A DNA stretch of 24,240 nt, taken from IMG/VR virus record IMGVR_UViG_3300042892_001621, positions 1 to 24,240 of that record, one strand, 5' to 3'. Origin of the DNA: a virus. Taxonomy: Duplodnaviria > Caudoviricetes. The notes below the pieces were generated by a model. That model ran no database searches, had not been told where the DNA came from, and saw nothing but the letters and a program-made list of their open reading frames with translations. A program made the position numbers and the translations under genes. Within the stretch, counting starts at the first letter, position 1. Each line of letters starts with the position of its first letter. Below, one piece after another: positions 8,382 through 17,532 of the stretch.

Positions 8382-10334
8382 TTACGCCTGTTGAGGATTG
8401 TTTCGTGCGGCATTTCTAGCAGTAAAATCAAAGCGATTTACTGCTTTTCCGTAGCCTGCAGGCGTGGCCATTACCCATCCTTCGTGGCCGGGGTCTTTCA
8501 AATCTAAGTTGCGCAAGATGTCCAGCTTTAAATCATGTAATAACAAAAATAAAGTAAATGCAGCGGCCAAGCCTTCTGTGTTTGATGCAGGACTTTTTAA
8601 ATATTCTACAATGTTGTTGAACTTTTTAGAAGTTACTGTACTCTGTAGAAACTGGCCAAAATCACTTATCAAGTTAGAAAAGTCTCCAGTATACCCTGCA
8701 TAGTCTGGATTGATACGTTTGTTGATGTAGTCCACACACAGTTTGGCCAAGTCTGTAATCTGCATGGCTCGCAGTTCAGCAGGATTGAACAAGGTATCAA
8801 TGGCAGCACCTTTGCTATTGCGTATTTGTTTGATTTGCTTGATCAGTGCAGCTTGTCCTTTGGCCTGTGCAGGGTCTTGAGGCGCAATACCTTTGCCGTA
8901 AATGGGTTCAATCAACAGCAATCCAGGTACTTCATTAAATGATACTCTGCTGAGTGGTTGTTTGGGTTCGCCTTGATCAGCATACATGGTGTGCATGGCA
9001 ATGCCTGTGGTGCTGTTGCGAATTCGTTGGCCCAGCGCACTCTTGGCAGGTATACGATATTCTACTGTGTTGGGCTTGAACACAAGATTACCAGCCTGTT
9101 CTTCCCAAGGCTGTTCGGGATAGTACAACAGGTCGCCTTTGACATAGCCACGGAAGTTTGTGGGCACAGCCGCTTCTAACTGTGGCCAAAGATCAGCATA
9201 TAATTGAACCAATTCACCACGCTCACCTTTTCGTGTGCTTTGAATCTGTGCCATCATTTTGGGGCTAGTAGCAAGGCCATCGTAGCCTTTGGCGTCAAAT
9301 CCTGATCCGTCTGTAAGCACAAACTCGCCTGTGGCAGGTTTGCGACCAAATATCACAGCAGGCTTGCCGTCCCACTTCACACTAGTGGTCTTTTGTGGTG
9401 CTTCTGCGGCATGTTGGATAATGGCCAATGCTTCATCCACCCCACGAGAGCCTTTGCGGAACACAAGATCTTCTAGGTGTTCAATACCTTTGGCTCTGCC
9501 GCCTACATTGCCTTCATCGGCTTCGTAGATTTGATAGGGATTGGTTGCTTCTGTTTCAATCAGTGGCACCATGCCTTGATTTACAATTCTATCACGTAGC
9601 TTGGCCAAGAAATGTACTTCTGTATTCTCATTCACAGCACCAGGTTCTTGCAGGCCTTCTCTACCCAAGTATTCACGAAAGTCTGCCAGTTTAGCATCGC
9701 GGGCTTTGTCTTTGGCTAGCGTAGCATAAATGCTTTCTACATTCTTGAGATTTTCTCTAGTGGCACGTGGACCTAGTAGTGTTTTGGCCACATAGTCAGG
9801 ATCCATACCGCCATCTACCAATTGATTGGTTGTGCGACTGAACATGCCATTGGCGCCCACTTTGAGTCCCAGTTGCTTGGCAATTGAACTCATTAACACA
9901 TTACGGTTCATGCCTTTGTAAACAGAATCTTCTGACCCACCATAGTAGAACTGCCCCCAATCCAAGTTGGGAAAGAACATGAAGTCTGTTTGCACATAAC
10001 CATTGTTGGGGTTGCCGTTGATGGGTGTGCGTAAGTGTACTTCGCCACCTTTCTTAACCCAGGCTTTGGGATCTTCACCATGGCTCACTGCCCATTGTGT
10101 GAGCTTTGCTGCCAGTTGTTCTTTGCTTATTTCACTGGCATCCACTGCCATGTCCATATCGCCCGATGTAGGCTTGCGGCCAGTTGATCCCAGCCAACGT
10201 TCACGTGGAAATTGTAGACCTGTCAATGCTTCCAACCACTGTACTGTGGCTGCTACATCGCTTTGATTGATGCGGCCAGTCAATGGGTTGCCGTCGGCAT
10301 CTTTAAATACGTTACCACCTTCTAGTAGTTTCAT
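8382..10334 (-). CDS. Two-domain protein: pol-beta-superfamily nucleotidyltransferase fused to a KxDG ligase-like domain
   Basis: LGSTGRKPTSGDMDMAVD plus YVQTDFM (GS...DxD...D); C-terminal HLEDLVF...SVKWDGKPAVIFG...VKGDLLY...FKPNTVEY...HEGWVM. Confidence 0.75.
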   Translation of the reverse strand: MKLLEGGNVFKDADGNPLTGRINQSDVAATVQWLEALTGLQFPRERWLGSTGRKPTSGDMDMAVDASEISKEQLAAKLTQWAVSHGEDPKAWVKKGGEVHLRTPINGNPNNGYVQTDFMFFPNLDWGQFYYGGSEDSVYKGMNRNVLMSSIAKQLGLKVGANGMFSRTTNQLVDGGMDPDYVAKTLLGPRATRENLKNVESIYATLAKDKARDAKLADFREYLGREGLQEPGAVNENTEVHFLAKLRDRIVNQGMVPLIETEATNPYQIYEADEGNVGGRAKGIEHLEDLVFRKGSRGVDEALAIIQHAAEAPQKTTSVKWDGKPAVIFGRKPATGEFVLTDGSGFDAKGYDGLATSPKMMAQIQSTRKGERGELVQLYADLWPQLEAAVPTNFRGYVKGDLLYYPEQPWEEQAGNLVFKPNTVEYRIPAKSALGQRIRNSTTGIAMHTMYADQGEPKQPLSRVSFNEVPGLLLIEPIYGKGIAPQDPAQAKGQAALIKQIKQIRNSKGAAIDTLFNPAELRAMQITDLAKLCVDYINKRINPDYAGYTGDFSNLISDFGQFLQSTVTSKKFNNIVEYLKSPASNTEGLAAAFTLFLLLHDLKLDILRNLDLKDPGHEGWVMATPAGYGKAVNRFDFTARNAARNNPQQA

Positions 10335-11134
10335 GGTGTGTTAAATCCTAATGCTTTTAGATAGGCTTGGGTACGCGGATCTTGTGTTTCTGCGTCGGGC
10401 AACTTGCCAACAATATTCTGAACCTGTTGCAATTGAGGTTGTGTTATGCCCGATTGTTGAACAATTTGTTGTGCAGCTTGACTAACTGCGGGGCTTATTG
10501 CTGGAGCAGGAGTGCCTGGAGCAGTAGGTGTTTTTCTAGCACCTGACGTACCCGAGTCGCTATTAAACTGCATGAGACTCATGGCATCGTATGTGGCCTG
10601 ACTTAACGTTTGCCATTCAGCCATAGCTTGTTGTGCAGTTTTTGGAGTATTAAAATCTATAATTGATTGCGTGGCAGCATCAATGCGTTGTACTATATCA
10701 TTTGCCTGTTGCTGTGCAGCAGGTTCGACCCATCGAGGCAATTGCTTATAATCAGTCCCCACTTTGCCTTGCAGGAAATTTTTATGAATTTGATTCATCA
10801 AACTTTTTTCTAGGCCGTCCTTGGTCCTAGGATCAAATTGTGCCGGGCTTTGAACATTGTTTTGTTCTTGAGTTTTGGCAATAGCAGTATTCCAGAGCTT
10901 TTGTTGTTGTTCGGCTTGTGATTTAATCACCGGAACCGCAGCGGCAGCAGCGGCTTTTTGCTGATCGCCGTAGGGATTGTTTGGTCCGAGCTTGCTAAAG
11001 TCAGTTCCAGTTTTCTTGGTGGCCCAATCGTTTGCTTTGGCCGCAATTTGTGATCCAACTGCTTTGGCTGCTCCAGCGATACCGCTTAATACGCCTTCGT
11101 TTGTTCTGCGGCGTGTGATTTCATGTATCTGCAT
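10331..11134 (-). CDS. Hypothetical Gln/Ala-rich protein (possible internal virion protein)
   Basis: 267 aa; MQIHEITRRRTNEGVL N-terminus; ATGA-coupled to downstream gene. Confidence 0.75.
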   Translation of the reverse strand: MQIHEITRRRTNEGVLSGIAGAAKAVGSQIAAKANDWATKKTGTDFSKLGPNNPYGDQQKAAAAAAVPVIKSQAEQQQKLWNTAIAKTQEQNNVQSPAQFDPRTKDGLEKSLMNQIHKNFLQGKVGTDYKQLPRWVEPAAQQQANDIVQRIDAATQSIIDFNTPKTAQQAMAEWQTLSQATYDAMSLMQFNSDSGTSGARKTPTAPGTPAPAISPAVSQAAQQIVQQSGITQPQLQQVQNIVGKLPDAETQDPRTQAYLKALGFNTP

Positions 11135-11369
11135 TTGTTCTTCTCACTGATCTAGCAAACTTTCCCGAGTCTCTGGTGCGGATGGCATTTAACAATTTGC
11201 GTTGCAAGTTTTCTGCTTGATCAGCAGGAAATTCTGTGTCAATTTGTTCTAGCAATCTAATAGCACTTGCAATAAGAGTAGCCGCACGGTTTTCAATCAA
11301 CAGGCGGCGATCACGCTCGATATACAAATCGTCTAATTCTTCTAATAAACTGCGAGTGCGTTTTTGCAT
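11121..11369 (-). CDS. Small helical hypothetical protein
   Basis: 82 aa; GGAG RBS and two upstream TAAATA boxes (11395-11390, 11405-11400). Confidence 0.75.
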   Translation of the reverse strand: MQKRTRSLLEELDDLYIERDRRLLIENRAATLIASAIRLLEQIDTEFPADQAENLQRKLLNAIRTRDSGKFARSVRRTNADT

Positions 11370-11389
11370 CTACTCCGGGACCTTTGGAT

Positions 11390-11429
11390 TATTTATTAAT
11401 ATTTACACATACAAGTTGGTAATTAAATA
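11390..11429. promoter_or_regulatory. Divergent T4-like late promoter boxes (TAAATA)
   Basis: Minus-strand TAAATA at 11395-11390 and 11405-11400; plus-strand TAAATA at 11424-11429, 4 nt before ATG 11434. Confidence 0.6.
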
Positions 11430-11433
11430 CCCT

Positions 11434-12486
11434 ATGAACAACTACTTTTGCGTTTTGCCATTTTATGGTGTTGAAATAGGGCACAATATTCCTAAAAATA
11501 TCCACTGTTGTGAACTTCCTACAGGCACAGATATTAAAAAAGTCCAGGAATCTATTGTTGTTCAACAAAGATCACCGTCCTGTTATAGATGCTGGCAACT
11601 GGAAGACCAAGGGCTCACGAGTTCGCGTAAATTGCACAATCAATCATTTGATTTTTATCTCAATCGAGACTTAGAAAAAATTGAACAAGATGCAATAAAT
11701 CATCTCAATCAACCACAAATTGTAAAAATACACACCAGTAATCTTTGCAACGGAACTTGTGTTACTTGCAACAGTATTTTAAGTTCTGCGTGGGCTTCAT
11801 TGGAAAACAAACAAATCAACTATAATAAAATTTCTACCAGTTTGATTGAAAGCATGAACTGGGCAGACATCAAGCAGTTGTCCTTTGTTGGCGGCGAACC
11901 CTTGTTAGAAAAACTCAACTTTGAAATTTTAAATTGTTTGATCAATTCAAACAACACCAGTTGTTTCATATCTATCATAACCAATGGAAGTTGTGCATTA
12001 ACACACGGCCAATTTAAAATACTAAGCCAATTTAAAAATTTAAATATCTGTCTTAGCATTGATGGCGTTGGTCCAAGATTTGAGTACATTAGGTATCCAT
12101 TGAGTTGGAATTTGTTGTGTGAAAATTTAGAAAAGTTTAGAAAGATCACTAGCAATATCAGCGTAAATGCTACCATTTCAAATCTCAATATATTTTACTA
12201 CAGTGAATTGATAGAATTTTTTAACGCCCATCAGTTGAACTACATGTGCAGACACGTTGAATTTCCGTTGCATTTTTCACCAGGCAACCTGCCAGATGCG
12301 TTCAAGCAACAAGTATTAGAAAACAATTCTCAGTATCATACCCAGGTAAAAAGTTTTCTTGGCACAGGACATTACAACGCCAACTTGTTTGCAAAATTTT
12401 GTCAAGAAATTCAACGGCAAGATCACTTGAAGAGGATTTCAATTTCAGACTATCTACCACTGGATTTTTATCAAAATTTATCATGA
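11434..12486 (+). CDS. Radical SAM protein with N-terminal Cys-rich (SPASM/twitch-like) region
   Basis: Likely start MNNYFCVLPF; CNGTCVTC, GGEPLL, ITNGS, SIDG...YIRYP. Confidence 0.88.
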   Translation: MNNYFCVLPFYGVEIGHNIPKNIHCCELPTGTDIKKVQESIVVQQRSPSCYRCWQLEDQGLTSSRKLHNQSFDFYLNRDLEKIEQDAINHLNQPQIVKIHTSNLCNGTCVTCNSILSSAWASLENKQINYNKISTSLIESMNWADIKQLSFVGGEPLLEKLNFEILNCLINSNNTSCFISIITNGSCALTHGQFKILSQFKNLNICLSIDGVGPRFEYIRYPLSWNLLCENLEKFRKITSNISVNATISNLNIFYYSELIEFFNAHQLNYMCRHVEFPLHFSPGNLPDAFKQQVLENNSQYHTQVKSFLGTGHYNANLFAKFCQEIQRQDHLKRISISDYLPLDFYQNLS

Positions 12487-12489
12487 CGC

Positions 12490-13626
12490 CTAAAGATATC
12501 GTTTATAAAACTCTGCTACTTCAGGAAAAGTTTTTTTCCAATCTTGATTTCGAATAATATCAAACCTGGTAGTTTCTTGCACAAACTGTTTTATTGCCGC
12601 AGGGTTTTCTTGCCAATACTTCCCGATCACATTGCTCGATGGAGTATGTGCGATTGCATCAGCATATTCTTGTGTGATATTTTTAGGATACAAGTACGAA
12701 TGCATGGCCAATTGAGTGCTGTGGCCAATTGCATCGCCCTCTTTGTTGCTGTTGAAATTTTGTTTTACCCAATCACTAACTTCGTTAAAATAATACAAGT
12801 TCAAACAACTGGTACATTCTTGCACAAAAAACATCACATTGCTTGGCAAATTTTCTCTTAAAGTTAAAATGTTATCAACAGTTTGATTCCAACTGGCTGG
12901 CCATCTTAAGTATTCGAATTTATCACCAATGCCGTCAATGCTGACTATCAGTTTAACCAACTTAAATTTTTCAATCACATCATACCATTGTGGATCAATG
13001 GGTTGTGTTCCATTGGTTTGAAATGCCAATTCCAATTTGGTTTTTGCAGTTGGCACATGTTCTGCAAGCCATTGTGCAGTTTTCCAATAGGTGTTGCCTA
13101 ATAATGTTTCTCCACCGCAAAATTGCACCATCTCAAGATTGTCAAGATTTAAACTTTCTAAGATATTTGTTACACGACTGGCATTGTCTGCTGGTATAAT
13201 TTCAAAAACAGGTAAATTGTTTTCTTTAAGGTGTTTGGCCCATAAAGTACTAGATCTTGGACCGCAAGTTCTGCAAGCCAAATTGCAACTGCGATCAAAT
13301 AACAAATCAATCCGTTGAGGTCCATTTAAATTTTTATGAACTCCAAATTTTTCTATCATTGATTTTCTAAAACTTTTAACTCCAACTTTTTCCAATGTTA
13401 AACATTGGTAGCAACCAGACAACCATTGGTTGTTATCATTGGACCAGCGATTCTTTGTAAAATCATTGCCGTTCCAATTTATGCTGTCTTTTTTTACAAA
13501 TGTCAATGGAGTATTGCTGAGACAACACTGATTGTATCCAAGTTCGTTAGTTTGATTTAATTCACTATTGAGTTTTAAATCAATGTTAAGCCCACCATGA
13601 ATCATTGGACAAAAAGTGTCGTTCAT
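12490..13626 (-). CDS. Radical SAM protein with N-terminal Cys-rich region
   Basis: FCPM...QCC...CYQC; CNLACRTC, GGETLL, QTNGT, SIDG...YLRWP. Confidence 0.88.
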   Translation of the reverse strand: MNDTFCPMIHGGLNIDLKLNSELNQTNELGYNQCCLSNTPLTFVKKDSINWNGNDFTKNRWSNDNNQWLSGCYQCLTLEKVGVKSFRKSMIEKFGVHKNLNGPQRIDLLFDRSCNLACRTCGPRSSTLWAKHLKENNLPVFEIIPADNASRVTNILESLNLDNLEMVQFCGGETLLGNTYWKTAQWLAEHVPTAKTKLELAFQTNGTQPIDPQWYDVIEKFKLVKLIVSIDGIGDKFEYLRWPASWNQTVDNILTLRENLPSNVMFFVQECTSCLNLYYFNEVSDWVKQNFNSNKEGDAIGHSTQLAMHSYLYPKNITQEYADAIAHTPSSNVIGKYWQENPAAIKQFVQETTRFDIIRNQDWKKTFPEVAEFYKRYL

Positions 13627-15068
13627 GATGTCTTGATTTTGCCTAACAACTGCTTAAGCTTGGCACTTTGGACGTCTGCTGTTACCTTGGGTGCTTCTAA
13701 CTCAAAACCTTCTTTGGCTTGTGGTCGTTCCCAAGGTACAGACTTGGAATCTTCTGCGGCAGCACTAACCTGGCTTTTTGCTTTGATCGAGTCCATGATA
13801 CTTGTATTGGGCTTTTTGCTGAACCCGTTTTCGTTATCATCCCCGCCTTCATCAGTAATGCGCATGGTTTCAATGTTGTACTCCAAATCAATCTTTTGAC
13901 CAACGCCGGTCGAGCTTCGAGACTTCATACACTGGATCTGATACTTGCCGCGCTCTTTCATTGCACGACTTGTAAAGATACCAAACACATTATCTGCTGT
14001 ATTAATTTTAGAAATACCACCCGATATGTGTGAGTGGTCAAATTCAATTTCTTCCACAGCTGATCGATTCAACTGACTCGCAGTTACCATCAAGATGCCT
14101 AGTTCTTTGGCCAAGTTGCGCAGTTCTTCTGACACATACTTGTCTTTCACAAACAAATCATTGGGCGAAACTTTGGCGCTAACAGGCATCAGCAAGTCCA
14201 AGTAGTCAATCATCACAAAGTCCACTTTCTTACCAGTTTGAATTTGATACTCTTTCAAATAAGCACGAATGTCATTGATGTTTGATTGTGCTGGTAAGCC
14301 TTTGACCTGATAGTTGCCGGACTTCCTGGCCACGAGTTTAACCTTGAGCTCTGTGGTGTCTATGTCTTTGCGAATGTCTTTGGTGCTCATGTTTGTTAGC
14401 ATGGCGTCGGTTCGCAAACTTGTTAGTTCTTCTGAAAGTTCTAGTGTGATGTACACTCCACTGAGTCCTTGTTGTATCCAGTTTAGTGCAATGTTCATCA
14501 TGACCAAGCTCTTGCCTGATCCTGATCCGCCTGCAAAGATGTTTAGTTCGCCTCTGCTGAATCCACCATACAACAATCTGTCCAATTGTGACCAACCTGT
14601 GCTTACTTGTCCACCCGAGTTGAAGTATTTCTCAATGCGACCTTTAGGATCAGCAAAGTAGTCTGTGCCCATGTCCTTGGTAAGTGATATTTGTACTGCA
14701 TCCTTGATCAGCTTTTCGACAGGATCATATTCACCTTTTTCCAACAAGTCTGCGGCTTTTAGGATAGCTCGCTCTAGTTCTTGTCGTCGAGTAAATGCTT
14801 CAAACTCGCCCATGAACCAGTCAAAGTGTCCTTCGTTCAAGTCTGGCACAGCCGCCAATTTAACACCAGTGGTAGCAGAAATCTGCATGCGGTCCGGCAA
14901 GGTCTTGTGTTTGTCAGAGTGTTCTTTGATAAACTCAGCCGCAGGTCTCAAACTCTTGTCAAAGTTTTGGGGGTTGTAGATGTTCTGAACACGCACATAG
15001 CTTTGTGCGTCCTCCAACATCATTTCTAGAAATAAACGTTGGACGTCAAGTCCGTATTCTTTTAACAA
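13623..15068 (-). CDS. DnaB-like replicative helicase (T4 gp41-like)
   Basis: GGSGSGKS Walker A, YITLELSE, MIDYLDL, TASQLNR, MKSR. Confidence 0.93.
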   Translation of the reverse strand: MLKEYGLDVQRLFLEMMLEDAQSYVRVQNIYNPQNFDKSLRPAAEFIKEHSDKHKTLPDRMQISATTGVKLAAVPDLNEGHFDWFMGEFEAFTRRQELERAILKAADLLEKGEYDPVEKLIKDAVQISLTKDMGTDYFADPKGRIEKYFNSGGQVSTGWSQLDRLLYGGFSRGELNIFAGGSGSGKSLVMMNIALNWIQQGLSGVYITLELSEELTSLRTDAMLTNMSTKDIRKDIDTTELKVKLVARKSGNYQVKGLPAQSNINDIRAYLKEYQIQTGKKVDFVMIDYLDLLMPVSAKVSPNDLFVKDKYVSEELRNLAKELGILMVTASQLNRSAVEEIEFDHSHISGGISKINTADNVFGIFTSRAMKERGKYQIQCMKSRSSTGVGQKIDLEYNIETMRITDEGGDDNENGFSKKPNTSIMDSIKAKSQVSAAAEDSKSVPWERPQAKEGFELEAPKVTADVQSAKLKQLLGKIKTS

Positions 15069-16032
15069 GTTGTTTCTTCCTTAGTTCTATTTTGATCTTA
15101 CTGGTTTCTCTGGCTGCCATAATAGTTAGCAAGGCTCCCACACGCCCTAGCACAATCACAGCATCATTGACATCTTTGCAATCTTCTGGCCACTCGGGTA
15201 TACTTACTGCCCATCCAAGTTCTACAGCACGATCAATCAGTTCCATGCCAGCTAGGTCTTGGTCGGGCACCACAGTTATTTCTCGTCCCAAGTTGCGTAT
15301 CAATCGAGCCTGTGCGTCACTTATGGTATTGTGCATCACAGCCACACCACCAATACTCAATGCATCAAAGATGCCTTCTGTCACTATCACATTGGTCCAG
15401 TTGTTGTGCTGTAAGTCTGTTCCAAACACATAACCTGGCTGGCTGTCTGAAATAAACTTGGGTTGACGGTTGTCTAAAAATCTGCAGGTGAATCCTACAA
15501 TTTTGTTTTCGTATGTGAATGGGATCACCACATGCGGGCGTGTCCAATGAACACCATCATTTTGTGTCTGCACCATGACAGGAAAGTCTTCAGGCACACG
15601 TCTGCCACGTGCATAGTCCCAATGCATTTGGTGTTCGGGTGTTAGCAATTCAGCAAAAGGTGGTAAGTCGCGTTCTTCAAATGTGATACCAGCCAGTTGG
15701 TTCCAAGCCTGTTGTCGATCTTCCAGGATGCCATGTATGCTACGATGCCGCAGGCTTTCGAGATTGAGCATTTCAATTTCGTTATCTGGCACACCCATCC
15801 ATCCCAGCAATCTACGAGCTTTGACACTTAGGGTACGTCCCATGATAAAACTGGCTGTGTAGGTACAATTGAAACAATGATAACTCCACCCCTGCTCGGT
15901 GGCTTTGAGTCCAGCACGACCTCTTGTGTCTCGTGTACTACCATTATGCTGACAGCAAACCGCATTGAAACTCAACCAACCTGATGGTGTGGATTTTCTT
16001 TTTGCAGGCAGATACGCAAGGATGTCGAGCAT
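15046..16032 (-). CDS. DNA primase (T4 gp61-like, Zn-binding + TOPRIM)
   Basis: AVCCQH...YHCFNC Zn ribbon; VTEGIFDA, VPDQDLAG, KDVND. Confidence 0.9.
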   Translation of the reverse strand: MLDILAYLPAKRKSTPSGWLSFNAVCCQHNGSTRDTRGRAGLKATEQGWSYHCFNCTYTASFIMGRTLSVKARRLLGWMGVPDNEIEMLNLESLRHRSIHGILEDRQQAWNQLAGITFEERDLPPFAELLTPEHQMHWDYARGRRVPEDFPVMVQTQNDGVHWTRPHVVIPFTYENKIVGFTCRFLDNRQPKFISDSQPGYVFGTDLQHNNWTNVIVTEGIFDALSIGGVAVMHNTISDAQARLIRNLGREITVVPDQDLAGMELIDRAVELGWAVSIPEWPEDCKDVNDAVIVLGRVGALLTIMAARETSKIKIELRKKQLVKRIRT

Positions 16033-16038
16033 CTATAC

Positions 16039-16067
16039 AGTATAGCAGATCAGCTGTAGTAAATCAA
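16039..16067 (-). promoter_or_regulatory. Sigma70-type promoter for primase-helicase, leaderless geometry
   Basis: TTGATT (16067-16062), 17-nt spacer ending TGC, TATACT (16044-16039), 6 nt, ATG; no SD. Confidence 0.7.
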
Positions 16068-17134
16068 CGATATTGGAGGTTAGTAATGTAACCAGTTGTG
16101 ATCAACACTTGGGCACAAATAGTACCTTGATATTGCAAAGGCAAGTATCCTGATCCGCCATTTGTGACTTCAATTGCACCAATCTGACCATTGCCCACCG
16201 AAGTCACAATAGCTTCGGCACCTGCACCGTCACCTAATATTTGCACTTTGGGCGGCGCCACATAACCCTGCCCGCCATTGGTCACATTGATAGCAGTAAC
16301 TACTCCGTTGGTTACCACTGCTGTGGCCTGAGCTTGTGATCCTTGACTGTTGTTGAAGGCAGCACGAATTAATGGATAGAATCCTATTACATTAAAATAC
16401 TGAACAGAAGTTTCATTATTAAATTGCTGACTACTGGTAACGTCATAAAATACAGATTCGTATGTATCTGCTGCTTGGAATTTAACTGTGCCAGTAAAGT
16501 GATCCAAGTCCATTTTGACTGTGGTTAGACTTTGACCATTTGTGGGAATATGACTTGAAAAGAATTCTGTAAGTTGTGTGGTATTAACTGGCTGTGGGTA
16601 CAGTGCCCAGTCTGGCCAGTTTGTGGGTCCAGGAACTAATTGTTGTGCTTTGCCGTAGATTGTGGGGATGGTCAACATTTCACTGGGCACAAATGCAGGT
16701 AAAACTGAATTCACAATGTTGCAGTCTGCTCTAGCACCCGAATTGGCATCCACATATGCTGCCTGCACATAGTCTCCTGCTGTGCGTTGTATACTATAAC
16801 TGCCAGGTTGGGCTGTGATATTGATGGTATCTTCGTTGTCCAACACCACTTTGACTCTGCCCAGGGTGGCGCTGAGTGTGACCATTGGCTTTTCGACCAA
16901 CAGTTGATCGCCAGTTTGATTCATCAATCTAAACATAAAAGTGCTGCCTGTGATGTTTACAGGCTTTTCCTCTTGATTGATAAATTCAAACAGTAGAACA
17001 TTGTCTACGCCTTTGTTAACGGTTAATTGTTTTGCATACACTGGGTCGTACCTCGCTGTGAAATATCCACCACTTGTGTCAACTAACAAGACTTTGGTAA
17101 TTTGCTGGTATAAGTAAACGGTGGTTGAATACAT
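16064..17134 (-). CDS. Virion structural protein (tail/baseplate-type repeats)
   Basis: Likely start MYSTTV with GAGG RBS and TAAATA (17155-17150); VTAINVTNGGQGYVAPPKV and IEVTNGGSGY repeats typical of T4-like tail/baseplate proteins. Confidence 0.7.
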   Translation of the reverse strand: MYSTTVYLYQQITKVLLVDTSGGYFTARYDPVYAKQLTVNKGVDNVLLFEFINQEEKPVNITGSTFMFRLMNQTGDQLLVEKPMVTLSATLGRVKVVLDNEDTINITAQPGSYSIQRTAGDYVQAAYVDANSGARADCNIVNSVLPAFVPSEMLTIPTIYGKAQQLVPGPTNWPDWALYPQPVNTTQLTEFFSSHIPTNGQSLTTVKMDLDHFTGTVKFQAADTYESVFYDVTSSQQFNNETSVQYFNVIGFYPLIRAAFNNSQGSQAQATAVVTNGVVTAINVTNGGQGYVAPPKVQILGDGAGAEAIVTSVGNGQIGAIEVTNGGSGYLPLQYQGTICAQVLITTGYITNLQYR

Positions 17135-17154
17135 AGGATCCTCAAACAATATTT

Positions 17155-17532
17155 ATGGGTAATGATATCTTTCAAAAATTGGCGGTGAAATATCCGTTTA
17201 TAACGCTGTGCGTTTACGCCAATGAAGAATATGTGGGTGTAGTACAAAACAAAGACGATGCTGTCACAACCATCTATGATTTTGGTGCTGTGCTAACACA
17301 AGATGCCAAGTTAGAATACCTGGAATTGGCAGCCACCTGGTGGTGGGAGAGCAATCGTAGCATACCCATAAACATATTCCTGCGCGGTGAGTGGGACAAG
17401 TTTCGTCCTACATTGCGCACATTCTCCAACAAAGATCTTGAAATTTTACACGGCCCGGCTTGCAGTTTGATGGACATTGCTCGCAAAAAAACCAAGCGAA
17501 AATCAATCACACTTGTGCGGCGTCTTGATTGA
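17155..17532 (+). CDS. Hypothetical phage protein
   Basis: 125-aa ORF with WWWESNRSIPINIFL and basic C-terminal tail; divergent from the structural gene. Confidence 0.75.
   Translation: MGNDIFQKLAVKYPFITLCVYANEEYVGVVQNKDDAVTTIYDFGAVLTQDAKLEYLELAATWWWESNRSIPINIFLRGEWDKFRPTLRTFSNKDLEILHGPACSLMDIARKKTKRKSITLVRRLD

Noticed and set aside
11236-11433. 66-codon N-terminal extension of the plus-strand radical SAM ORF
   Set aside because: It overlaps the 82-aa minus gene; paralogs begin at the equivalent of MNNYFC, and TAAATA precedes ATG 11434.
13597-15433. Plus-strand ORFs antisense to helicase and primase (similar ones at 5686-6501 and 7132-7620)
   Set aside because: No recognisable motifs; typical antisense shadows of real genes.
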